The position numbers and the translations under genes were made by a program. Below, in pieces: positions 11,861 to 24,537 of a stretch of 64,000 nucleotides of DNA. The notes beneath the pieces are model-generated. The model was not told the DNA's origin. It ran no database searches and saw only the letters and a list, made by a program, of their open reading frames with translations. Source of the stretch: Octopus vulgaris (taxonomy: Eukaryota). The first letter of the stretch is position 1. Each line of letters opens with the position of its first letter. The stretch spans positions 69,502,001 to 69,566,000 of the forward strand of contig OX597816.1 in the NCBI GenBank assembly GCA_951406725.2. The letters are read 5' to 3'.

Positions 11861-14800
11861 GTCGTCCACTATAATCCAGCGTTTGCAATACTTTTTTCGT
11901 CTGGCGTTAACAGCCCTTCTTATCTTGTTCTCCTTGTCCTGTCTCTCACTGTTATATATTTATTTTTCCACTATTTATATATATATTTTTTACTGTTTAT
12001 ATGTTTGTACTGTCGTTACCGTCTTGCTTTTTTTCACCCCTCTGCGAAAAGATCTCAGAATTTTAATTGATTTGCTTTTTGCAGGAAGGAATTTTTCATT
12101 CGAAGTATACGTCTCGCTTTTATCCTTCGAAACGTTTAGTAGATGAAACTTTAGCGACTGAAGAAGGGGATTTTTCGTTGTGCTTATTGTCCTGTATCTC
12201 TCTTTTTTTTGCCTGTCTTGTTCCTTGGTTTGTGTCTTTGTTTTTCGTCTCTCTATGTGTTCGACGTCTTTTTGGTGTCCTGTACACATATATGCGTGTA
12301 TATGTACATGTAGAGGTAGGTACGTACATATATGTTTATATATATGCATATATTTTATTAACATATTATACGACTAAACGCACGCACCCTATTAAGTAAG
12401 ATTGTTCTGTTTATCAAGTTCGCCTTGATATTAACTCTCACGCGACTCTGCATCTTTCTTTCTTTCTCTTCCATTCCCTTTTTCGTCTTTTTTCCCTCAC
12501 TTAACTTGTCTCTTCCTCTCTCTCTCCCCCTCACTGTTCTTCATGGTCTCCTCGCACCATTCCCCTTCTTCTCTCTCTTCCTCTTGCTCCTCCTCCCCCA
12601 TTCCCGTCGTCCATCTGCGACGTTACTTCCGTCGTAACTGCTATCCTGTCCTTTCTCGCCCGCCTTCTAAGGCCACTGGTCGACATCTTCCTCTCTCGTC
12701 GTCCACTATAATCCAGCGTTTGCAATACTTTTTTCGTCTGGCGTTAACAGCCCTTCTTATCTTGTTCTCCTTGTCCTGTCTCTCACTGTTATATATTTAT
12801 TTTTCCACTATTTATATATATATTTTTTACTGTTTATATGTTTGTACTGTCGTTACCGTCTTGCTTTTTTTCACCCCTCTGCGAAAAGATCTCAGAATTT
12901 TAATTGATTTGCTTTTTGCAGGAAGGAATTTTTCATTCGAAGTATACGTCTCGCTTTTATCCTTCGAAACGTTTAGTAGATGAAACTTTAGCGACTGAAG
13001 AAGGGGATTTTTCGTTGTGCTTATTGTCCTGTATCTCTCTTTTTTTTGCCTGTCTTGTTCCTTGGTTTGTGTCTTTGTTTTTCGTCTCTCTATGTGTTCG
13101 ACGTCTTTTTGGTGTCCTGTACACATATATGCATGTATATGTACATGTAGAGGTAGGTACGTACATATATGTTTATATATATGCATATATTTTATTAACA
13201 TATTATACGACTAAACGCACGCACCCTATTAAGTAAGATTGTTCTGTTTATCAAGTTCGCCTTGATATTAACTCTCACGCGACTCTGCATCTTTCTTTCT
13301 TTCTCTCCCATTCCCTTTTTCGTCTTTTTTCCCTCACTTAACTTGTCTCTTCCTCTCTCTCTCCCCCTCACTGTTCTTCATGGTCTCCTCGCACCATTCC
13401 CCTTCTTCTCTCTCTTCCTCTTGCTCCTCCTCCCCCATTCCCGTCGTCCATCTGCGACGTTACTTCCGTCGTAACTGCTATCCTGTCCTTTCTCGCCCGC
13501 CTTCTAAGGCCACTGGTCGACATCTTCCTCTCTCGTCGTCCACTATAATCCAGCGTTTGCAATACTTTTTTCGTCTGGCGTTAACAGCCCTTCTTATCTT
13601 GTTCTCCTTGTCCTGTCTCTCACTGTTATATATTTATTTTTCCACTATTTATATATATATTTTTTACTTTTATATGTTTGTACTGTCGTTACCGTCTTGC
13701 TTTTTTTCACCCCTCTGCGAAAAGATCTCAGAATTTTAATTGATTTGCTTTTTGCAGGAAGGAATTTTTCATTCGAAGTATACGTCTCGCTTTTATCCTT
13801 CGAAACGTTTAGTAGATGAAACTTTAGCGACTGAAGAAGGGGATTTTTCGTTGTGCTTATTGTCCTGTATCTCTCTTTTTTTTGCCTGTCTTGTTCCTTG
13901 GTTTGTGTCTTTGTTTTTCGTCTCTCTATGTGTTCGACGTCTTTTTGGTGTCCTGTACACATATATGCGTGTATATGTACATGTAGAGGTAGGTACGTAC
14001 ATATATGTTTATATATATGCATATATTTTATTAACATATTATACGACTAAACGCACGCACCCTATTAAGTAAGATTGTTCTGTTTATCAAGTTCGCCTTG
14101 ATATTAACTCTCACGCGACTCTGCATCTTTCTTTCTTTCTCTCCCATTCCCTTTTTCGTCTTTTTTCCCTCACTTAACTTGTCTCTTCCTCTCTCTCTCC
14201 CCCTCACTGTTCTTCATGGTCTCCTCGCACCATTCCCCTTCTTCTCTCTCTTCCTCTTGCTCCTCCTCCCCCATTCCCGTCGTCCATCTGCGACGTTACT
14301 TCCGTCGTAACTGCTATCCTGTCCTTTCTCGCCCGCCTTCTAAGGCCACTGGTCGACATCTTCCTCTCTCGTCGTCCACTATAATCCAGCGTTTGCAATA
14401 CTTTTTTCGTCTGGCGTTAACTGCCCTTCTTATCTTGTTCTCCTTGTCCTGTCTCTCACTGTTATATATTTATTTTTCCACTATTTATATATATATTTTT
14501 TACTGTTTATATGTTTGTACTGTCGTTACCGTCTTGCTTTTTTTCACCCCTCTGCGAAAAGATCTCAGAATTTTAATTGATTTGCTTTTTGCAGGAAGGA
14601 ATTTTTCATTCGAAGTATACGTCTCGCTTTTATCCTTCGAAACGTTTAGTAGATGAAACTTTAGCGACTGAAGAAGGGGATTTTTCGTTGTGCTTATTGT
14701 CCTGTATCTCTCTTTTTTTTGCCTGTCTTGTTCCTTGGTTTGTGTCTTTGTTTTTCGTCTCTCTATGTGTTCGACGTCTTTTTGGTGTCCTGTACACATA

Positions 14801-14876
14801 TATGCGTGTATATGTACATGTAGAGGTAGGTACGTACATATATGTTTATATATATGCATATATTTTATTAACATAT
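11861..14876 (+). repeat. Tandem array of an 836-837 bp non-coding unit, about 3.6 near-identical copies
   Basis: Unit start gtcgtccactataatcc at 11861, 12698, 13535 and 14371; I saw only a few substitutions and one 1-bp indel. Confidence 0.97.
12122..12171 (+). ncRNA. Circularly permuted (type II-like) minimal hammerhead candidate; repeated at 12959, 13795 and 14632
   Basis: atcctt-c-GAAAC-GT-T-tagtaga(tgaaac)tttagcga-CTGAAGA-a-ggggat. Stem II ggggat/atcctt, palindromic aacgtt, imperfect stem I. Confidence 0.5.
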
Positions 14877-14896
14877 ATATATATACATATATATAT

Positions 14897-15060
14897 GACG
14901 GGCTTCTTTCAGTTTCCGTCTACCAAATCCACTCACAAGGCTTTGTTTAGCCGAGGCGATAGTAGAAAACAATTTCCCAAGGTGCCACGCAGTGGGACTG
15001 AACCCGGAACCATGTGGTTGGTAAGCAAGCTACTTACCACACAACGAACCCCTGCGCCTA
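14897..15060 (-). mobile_element. SINE family B, 5' half (tRNA-like head)
   Basis: Reverse strand GGCGCAGGGGTTCGTTGTGTGGTAAG...GGGTTCAGTCCC; matches 29623-29778. Confidence 0.85.
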
Positions 15061-16184
15061 TATGTGAACGTTATGTATTAAATGTCTTTTTATGTAAACA
15101 GAAATATTCTATGACATATAATATCTTTTTATTTTTATAATTCACATTCTAATTTGCCTTTCATCTACTCAGAGACGTAAAAAAAAGAGCAAGCAGTATA
15201 TTCGATCGACAAAACATGGCGTGATTTTTTAGTATACTGGAACACTTGCTGGGGAAAGAAAGTAAATCCCTTGTAGCGCAAAGTGCTGGAACCGGAACAT
15301 GTAATTGTGAAACTCACTTACTAATCATACATCCATGCTTCAAAAGTATTTCTTCATTTATTTTACTATTAAATTCTATATTTAAATGGATACATAACAG
15401 ACGAAAGAAAAACGAGTCCGGCATATTATGCCAGATCTAATAGACTCAACACATGTCTTCTGATTCCTAAAAAAAACGATGACGCATTCGATTACATAGT
15501 CGTAAGTGCAATATTTCTGCAAAGCACAGGCTCGTTTATAACTAGAATGATTTCGCTCATAAATTTATTGCGTCGCACTTTTCGTGGGCTTAACAGAAAC
15601 AACTGCCTTTAGTCAAACAAATGATGTAGTTGTTCTAAATCTTTGAAGTCTCTTGCAATTAACTGTACTTTTTGAATGAAGTAGCAGAGCTGCATCGAAA
15701 TATTTAAATTGAAGACCTGAGAAATGAATTCAAATTTTGAAAGACATCATTGAATTGTTAAGGCGTTTGCCTCGTAAGCATATAATACAGAATTTGTCCT
15801 CTTTGTTCGGCATCTTGATTATGTATCTTCTATGTCCTCCATTTGAGTGGTGTCATAAAAAAAGAATTTGTTAAATAGAAACTATAAATAGCGCCTACGA
15901 ACTCAATAGCATATATGTACATCCAAACATCTATTTATTTGTTGGAATAAATGTCCAAATTCGTCCTAAAACCACTATTTCTCAGCAATTGTTTTACCAA
16001 GTTTCCCAGAATGTTCTAGGTGAAGCCAAGAATAAGATGTACCAAAGTCCAAGGTCATTTCGATGTTTAAAAAAACGATAATCTAATCAAACGATATAGC
16101 ACGATAGGAATTTGCAATGGAATTCATACAATCCATGTCGTCTGTTTGTCATACAACACTCAAATTGTGATTCGGTTTCGCACT

Positions 16185-16223
<39 letters not shown>

Positions 16224-16372
16224 ATTTGATTTGCCTAAAAAATACTTGCCTAAAAAAATGGATCTACAAATTCAATATCCCTACATATGTCACATCTATA
16301 TTCTTTCCTCTACCTCACTCTCTATTTTGTATCATATCTAAATTAACTATTACTTAACTATTCTCTCATACC

Positions 16373-16420
16373 GTCTCCGATGAAATGATATAATAAATAT
16401 CCAGGAAACAACTGTAAGAC
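16373..16420 (+). ncRNA. Degenerate minimal hammerhead motif in a PLE-type module (about 16221-16488) between (TA)n tracts
   Basis: gtct-CCGATGA-aat-gatat(aataa)atatc-cag-GAAAC-aact-GT-A-agac; stem I gtct/agac. Confidence 0.6.
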
Positions 16421-16486
16421 CTTCTATCTATAAATGTTATAAAATCTACTCAGTCTTGGTTTTTTATTTCACCACGACAGAAAATT

Positions 16487-16535
<49 letters not shown>

Positions 16536-16639
16536 TCAAAATAAGAGGAAAAATTGGATATGAATTTTATAACATCAATTTAACACCAGTGGTCTAGCAT
16601 ATAAAAAACTGAGATTCGGTAAATAGTATTTCATACATA

Positions 16640-16803
16640 AATATAAGTGGGAACCACTATGTGGAAACCCTTACGCTAGAAAGAGATCCGCTATGGTCTC
16701 AACCACTAAGAATTGTCCTCCAGAGAACAATTCTTAGTGGTTGAGACCATAGCGGATCACTTTCTAGCGTAAGGGTTTCCACATAGTGGTTCCCACTTAT
16801 ATT
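16640..16803. repeat. Near-perfect palindrome, about 81-bp arms, 2-nt loop
   Basis: aatataagtgggaacc...aattgtcctc CA gagaacaatt...ggttcccacttatatt; 2 mismatches seen. Confidence 0.95.
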
Positions 16804-16804
16804 C

Positions 16805-16856
<52 letters not shown>

Positions 16857-19107
16857 CCAAATTCTTGAGTGTGTGGCTATATATGAGTGTATTTGTATAT
16901 AGATAGGTAGGTTGGTGGACAGATAGACTGACAGGTAGCTAGCTAGCTAGATAGATAGAGAGAAAGGGTTAGTTGATATAAATATCTTCTGTTTAAAAGT
17001 TGAAAGTATTGTAGGTGACACAAGAATCAAATTCAATTCTAATTATCCACGAAAGATGTTATATAGTTTGTCTGATGAGTTCAGACTAAAGACAAAAGCC
17101 AAGGAGCTTGTGTATATCTTTAAATTACCATAATGAGTTTGGCTTCAGGCCATAAATTATTTTGATTTGCACTAATACTATTTCAGAGATGAACACTTTC
17201 TGATCTGAATATAGTGAATCTGGCTTAATGGTAAAACATCAAACCAGACGAATGAAAACGGATGTCTTTGCAGTTAATTATTCATGTTGGATTGAAGTCC
17301 TGCCAATTCTAACACCATGAAATTGAAATATACATTGATGATGATGATGACGACGGCGGCGACGACGACGACGATGACGATGTCGAGGTCGGTGATGTTG
17401 ATGATGATGACGTTGTTGTTACTGCTGATGCTAGTATTATTTATCAAGCATGGTCTGATCCAGCTGACCATTATTGGAAGCATATTAAAATCTAAACTGT
17501 AACTCGCCTTTTTTTCAAAATCGTAATAAATGATGAATTCAGGGACGTATGGCTTCTATTTCGAGCGAAGTTAGAGGCTAAATAATAGATTCGTAGTTGA
17601 TACTGTTATTCTTGTCGTACCACGATGGCTTAACTCGAGCAGAACTCATTAGGTTTGTCCAATCCATGACCATCCCAATTTTTCTCAGATATATAGAACC
17701 TAGAAATTCATCATGTAATGTATTTTCTGCTTTATGATGACTGGGCTTGTTTTAGAAAGTTCTGGCTGCCATTTCTAGCAGGCCGAGTAGGTGCACTGGC
17801 AATACACCGTATTGACTAAAGCAATGCAATCTTAATATATTTATTATCTCGAACAGTACGTTGCACTAAGTGACTTCCCTACTTAGCGTTAAATTTCTAA
17901 ATGAAATATTTGTAACTCCGAACGTGTATTCAAATCACATGAAAGAAATTTTCTGTTAACATTCTAAACTAGAAACCATTTGGTTGATTACGAAAGCGCT
18001 GGGGTACAGAGAGTAGAAGAAATGGACCAGCAAATTAAATTTATTGCCGCAGTTACTTATCGAACTTTGTAAAACTTCACTGTAATCAATCAAAATTACT
18101 TTATGTAACGTAGATTTGGTAAACTTCTTTCATCATAGACTCGGTTCTCCTGAAAGTATCTGAGGTCAAAATGAAATTTGGAAGATTAAAACTGTTTAGA
18201 AGAGCGTTGGGTGAAACGGAATGTACACTTACAATTCTTGAGTGGTAGACTAAATCCGTTCTTTGGTTTAACAACGGTACTATCTGGCCTTTTATGCATT
18301 TTGGCTGCGGCCACTCTCTTCCAAGCAGTAGGTACATATCTCTGATCTAAGGATAGCATATTTTCTTTCTCTACCAAATCTCAAATGTCCTGAAATTTCA
18401 GTAATCCATAAAGAATGAAAACTAAACTGTAGAGGTGACTGTATCAAACCACTGAACCCATGGTACATAAATTAAAGAAGGTACAGCAATAAATGTCAAT
18501 TCTGCACACAAATATAATTTGAAATTGAAGCCTACAGTGATATGGCTACTTGTTATCTAGTTTAAATCGTTCATTCGTTTGTATTTTCGTACGTAATGCA
18601 ATGAGCAATATTATTTAAATTATAATCACTATCTTTTAACTTCAGTAAAAGGTATAAGCAAAGGGGAAAAGGTTACAGAAGAAATGCCTAGTAATATCAT
18701 TTCTTTTATTTTTAATTGATGAGTTCAAATCCGAATAAGGTTTTCTAAGCATTTCATCCATATAAATTTCCAAGACACGTCTAGGAAGCACCAGCGATAT
18801 ATTTGGGATGATTAGTCTTTTACGCCCTTTCATAAATTGTGACCTTGTGCAGGAGTTAATAAACGCTAAGTACTAAATACTCCAAGTTTTAGATTACTTG
18901 TTCAACATACGTCATGAAATTTTAACATTTATTACCCCCTAGGAGCTCTGAATTGTAGAATGAGTAGAACTGCAGTCGCGATTACTTGCACATTTCAACT
19001 TCTTGTTTAATTAAATAACATTGAAACGTGTTCACCAATACCCAGCTACAAAGCATTACCTGCATGTCATTATTATATACAGCTATTTTTATTACCTCTA
19101 GTAGGAA

Positions 19108-19315
19108 GGTCGTGTCGTGTTAGAATCCTTAACATGACTGACAAAATTCGTAGCGGCATTTCTTTATGTTCTGAGTCGAAATGCCGCCAAGGCCGACTTA
19201 GCCTTCCATTCTGTCGAATTAGGCAAAATTAATAACCCGAGTACCGGGGTCGATGTAATAGATTATTACCGCCCCTCCAAATTTCAGGCCTTGTGCCTAA
19301 AACAGAAAGGATTAT
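19108..19315 (+). mobile_element. Degenerate SINE family A
   Basis: gccaaggccgacttagccttccattc ... ccggggtcgatgtaat ... ccaaatttcaggccttgtgcc. Confidence 0.65.
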
Positions 19316-21849
19316 TATACTTATTTGCTTGTTAGATAAATGATATAATAACCAATGAACAAATATTAAAGGACTGAGAATAAATGGAAGGCTAAATCAA
19401 TAAAAGAAATGTTATTCTAGTGTAAATTCAATTTCAGATACAACATTTTACTGAAAGAATTTTAACAACTGAATGCAGAAATTTTTACCACATTGTACCC
19501 AGATATATTTGAAAAATACAAGACAACTACCAATTGAGTAAGGAAGTAGTAGTGCAGTCAAATATAATACAAAAGGTCAAAATTGATATGATTAATTACG
19601 ACTCGTAAATCGATATTTCTTTATGATTGATTGTAAAATATACTTCGGCTTCATAAGCATAAAAATTGCCAAATGATAAATCTAATTTCTTTTTGAGAGC
19701 TTTGCTAAAAATAACACCTTGCAATTTTTATTATTTCGGGTAGAATTAAAATCAGAAATACCCATTGACTTTTTGAGTGAAAACTTTACATTCTAGACTA
19801 TTATCGGTTGGTTGATTTGAAACAAGTTCTCGAGATATATGATAGTGTATAAGCGTTTAAATCAAACGTGAAACCTTACTGGTACGGAAAACACGAGTGG
19901 TAAATTCGTCTTCGAACATATTTCAGCTGAGATAATATAAGTAATTAAGTAACTCTGCTAGGTTGGCAAACGTTTAACATTTTCTGACAATGAACTTCGC
20001 TAGTATAGTCCACCATTTCATATTTAATTAATGAGGTGATTATATCATAGACCACGTGCAACTGCAATCCTAATAATATTCCAAAAGAAAACAGGTACGT
20101 TTTTGTCAGATTTTCCGATTTCCAAGAAACGCTAGCTAAATCTTTCGCAAATATTATCTGAAAAGTGAAATAAAACCTCAGGTAATGTGATTTTGAAATC
20201 ATTCTGCCTAAATATGGGCTAATACATGCGTGGACCAGAAGCAAAATATTGTTTAAAGTTCAGCCTACTTTCTTACAAGAGTAAGGGAACATTGAATGAT
20301 AAGATTTGGATAGAATATGCATGAATTAAGCTATGATCGTCTCGACTGGATCGTCTTTGAACATAGCCACAGTTGATCTTGTCTTTGCAGGAGGGTTAAT
20401 AAGAACAACTGTAACGTCAATGACAGCAATAATTTAAAGGCGTTAATGATGTATTTGAAGATTTGAATTTGCGCGTTCAAAACATACAAGGAATACAATG
20501 GAAGCTCGATAGTTGAACATTAGAATTCTAAGAGTTATTTTTCTGGTTTGCATCTGTAGGTGGTAATTCAATAGAAAGGGGAAACTAAATAATTTTAATG
20601 AGCCCCGAGTATTGGAGACTTTCTCAGCTCAAAGCTCTTTAAAATGTCAATATATATATTCAAATAAAAAACCCATATAAATGGGGAGTAGATGTAGCTG
20701 GAATGTTACTGACAAAAAATACGAATGTCAAACAATTTTATTTCTTTCTCTAATTTATTTCTCACCGTCTAAAATCCTAAATTATATTTTCTATTTAATT
20801 CACAAAATAAAACTCGTTTGAATACTTGAAGGTATTTATTAGTCGCTAATTGTTGAAGCTGTCAAGTCAGAATGATATATGTAAATCTAAAGGAATTTCA
20901 AATGAATAAATTTAGAAATTTGAACTGAAGGCGGAATGATAAATGCAAATAGTTCATTTGATTTTATGCTAAGGCAATTTTTGTTTGAAGATAGGTGAGA
21001 ACCAAAGGTATATATATATAGAGGGAGAACCAGATGTTTCTATCCTCCTAATCTCGTGTAATTATTTTATCAACTGCAGTAAGAGATAACCGTTTTTAAA
21101 TATAATCTCCGCTGGGTTTGAGACAATAACGGGGAGGTCACATGTACTTTACAGATGTGATGGTACAGATGAAATAATGATTTATCGCATTAGCACAAAG
21201 TTGCACTGTTGTAAAGGAATTATGGAGACGCTTCAATCAACCTCGGTAAATACATGCTACTTAAGATGTCGGCCCTAGAGCGATGAAAGGCAAAGGTGAC
21301 ATAGATGTGATGTGATTTAAAGTCAGAGATTACAAACGATTTATTCAAAATACGAGAGTATATAATTATACTGTGTAGTATTTTTCATACATTCTCGATA
21401 GATATATTCTGATTATTTTAACTGTTACATGTTTCAGTCGTTCTGATATGTTTATATTTTATTTTTACTTTCTTTTCGAAGAATTTATATGAAAGAACTG
21501 TAAAAGTTATACCTACAGAGAAAAACCAATACGAATTCTTACAAAAGACTTGACTCATAAGACATCTAAATGCTTGCTGGTGTTGCTAAACTGAGAGTTG
21601 TATTGGTTAAATATACTATCCAAGAACAGGAAATGTCCCTGAAATTTCCTTTAAGATGGGCTTTCCGACAGATATCCCTCAACAAAAATTTCTTCATGAT
21701 ACAAGACTGCAGTAGAATGAAGTTACTCAAAGTATCGCAAAGTATACTGAATCAGAAAAGAAAAGCGAGACGTGGGTGACTGTGATATTTATTTTAATTT
21801 CATTATCTCAGAGATAAATTTTCATAAATATGATAACGTCAATTTTTTT

Positions 21850-23040
21850 AATGCAGTTTGAGTACAATCTATGGGTCGTTGTCATGTGTTCTGGTAGTGG
21901 ACAGATCCAGCACATCGAGATTGTAGGGCGTGATATGTTCAATGCCGTGTATGCTCCCCCTGGGTGTTCAAAATGACCATAAACCATCGGTACATGGAGT
22001 GCATAAGGCGGTTCACAAAACCACACCCTGAGTAAAGCTGCCATCAGTTCCACACGAGTTTTTGGCCTTGGGACCACCTGATTTCATCCCACAATGTTCA
22101 ATTGGGTTCAAATCCGAGATGAGAGCCGGTCACATTATGGTTCTGATGTTATGCTGACGCAGGAAGACCATGGTAACCCTGGTCTTGTGCGTGGGAGCAT
22201 TGTCCTGCTGGAACACGGGCCTATGGTGACGCGTGAAGAAGGGCACGATGTGAAGTCTTAGGGTCTGGTCAACAAAGCGCTGCCCTGTGATGCCATTCCC
22301 TCTGCCTGCACCAACATTGTCGAATATATGGGGGCTAATTTTGTGATTCAGGCCTATAGCACCCCAAACCATGATGCTTTGGCCAACCCACGCGTTTCTC
22401 TCCATGACACATCCGTCTCTGTACCTTTCGCCCCTCCTACGCGACACTCTCATTCTGCCACCTTCCGAGGTGGAAACGCAGTACCAGTTCTCTCGTCAGA
22501 GAAAACTATCGACCTCCATTGTTGATGCCGCCAATGTCGGTACTGAGTGTGGCGGGTGGTGAGGACAGGCCCTCGAGCTGGACGACGGCAATGCAGTTTG
22601 TTGGCGGCCAGTTGACATCGCACCGTGGGGTCGATGATGGATCGCTGTCTAGTCCCATAGTCTCACGAATTGTCGAGCTGGGCGGTCTGAAGCGATCACG
22701 AAGGTATTGCAAGTGGAAGAAGCAGTCCTGCTCGGGCGTGGTCACCCTGGTATATCCTCTGCGGGCATGGTCTGCAGTGCTCTTTGTGTTGTTGTATCGC
22801 TGTTGTAGGCGATAAATGGTGCTGACCTGGACATTGTAAGCTTTCGCAACCACCAGGGCATGCTGCCCTGCTTGCGATCGGCCTATAGCTTGTTCTCTCT
22901 GCGCTAAATGTATTATTACGGGTTTATGCGTCAAATGGAATGAGTTAACATTCTCATTATATTTATGAATGAAAGTGCAAGAATTATTTTCAGGCGCCTG
23001 ATGTACCTCCTTCGTGTCAGCTTCACTTAACATACATTTC
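21850..23040 (-). pseudogene. Tc1-like (DD34E) transposase remnant
   Basis: Minus frames: HTH (VAKAYNVQVSTIYRLQQRY), IMVWGAIG, VFQQDNAPTH, *PALISDLNPIEH. Frameshifts and stops; TIRs not confidently found. Confidence 0.88.
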
Positions 23041-24171
23041 CTACAAAAAATGGAGGGAAAAACACAGATCCACTTGACAATGTGATCTTAAATACATGTA
23101 AATAACAAAAGAAGAAACAGAATGGTCATACCTCGAATTCCTTTTTGATAATCGGTCTGCAATAACAATAGCAACAATATTCATCAACGTTGACGACAAC
23201 TACGATTATGAAAGTTTTGTCTTCATTACTTAGACCCAGAAAGCTAAATCTATCTCCAAATACGTGCAATTAACAAAATAGCTTAGACAGGTGACTAACC
23301 TTATTCTATTGAATTTGGAAGATTCACTGATGTTCGTCTTCTATTTATCTGAAACGAAAACGAGCTAGCATATATGACATGAAAATTGACTGCCAGCAGA
23401 AATCTCAACTTGATATTTCTAAGAGCCGGGTTATTTATCTATTATTCTACAGCGGCAATTAATTGCTTTCTACATCTAACAATAACGAGATAGATTTTCT
23501 GTGAATTAGTGTTGATGTGTATTAATAATAGATTTTATCAGAACCACAAGGACACCCATTTCTGTGAAATAAGCGATCGATAATATCGATCACAGTACTT
23601 GAAATGTATTTATTTTATCGACAACGGAAGGATAAACGGTAAAGTCGATTTTGAATTTGATCTTAGAAAGGAAAGCAACGAAGTTAAATTACAAAAAGAC
23701 ATTTTCTCTGGCGATTTACTGACTTTCCAATATGGCGTATTAGCAGAATCGTTAGAGCGTAAAACCAAATGGCTTGCGGTGTTTGTTCCGTTTCTCTGCT
23801 CTCCTTTTTCCCAAATCCTGCTGAAAACAGTTTTATCTTTCATCTTCTCAGGGTCGATACCTTAGGTTAGCAACCCAGGGCGAAGGAAGTAATTTGTAGC
23901 GTTTCTTAGGAATCTTGCAGTTGTAAATACTTTCATAAGGTATTGTTAAATCGGGTGAATTAATTCGTACACCCGATTTAACAACTTAATTTTAGCAGAG
24001 TTCTTTATGCTGTAAGCATTCAGGGCCACATCCATTGTCTGAGGATACCCTTCTTCCTACAATTCAAATGTCTTGGACGCCCTGAAACAAAAGTGTATCA
24101 TGAGCGGTTGGATATCCATCCATCACTTAATAGCAAAGCTGTGTAATTTCGTTCTGTATATTATAATTATT

Positions 24172-24382
24172 GATTACTCTACTTGTTTTAGTCATTTGAA
24201 TGTGGCCACGCTGGAGCACCGCCTTTAGTCGAGCAAGTCGACTCCAGGTCTTATTCTTTGTTAGCCTAGTACTTATTCTATCGGTCTCTTTTGCTGAACC
24301 GCTAAGTTACGGGGTCGTAAACACACCAGCATCGGTTGTCAAGCGATGTTGGAGGGGACAAACACAGACACAAAAACATACA

Positions 24383-24446
<64 letters not shown>

Positions 24447-24537
24447 CGTATATACGACATGCTTCTTTCAGTTTCCATCTACCACGTCCATTCACAAGGC
24501 TTTGGTCGGCCCGAAGTGCCACGCAGTGGGACGGAAG
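24172..24537 (-). mobile_element. SINE family B, interrupted; rest of head at 26371-26440
   Basis: Stops at acgcagtgggacggaa and resumes as gataagcatgctacttaccacacagccactcct after the LINE. Confidence 0.8.

Noticed and set aside
11861-14876. Repeated 60-190 aa ORFs in the tandem array; possible CRISPR-like or gene array
   Set aside because: No recognisable domains, low-complexity translations on both strands, and no repeat-spacer structure because units are identical throughout.
17068-17095. CTGATGA hammerhead half-core (another on the minus strand near 7490)
   Set aside because: No properly placed GAAA, stem III or stem I.
17317-17502. Hydrophobic M/T/L-rich ORF resembling a membrane peptide
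   Set aside because: Derived from a (GAT/GAC/GTT)n trinucleotide repeat.
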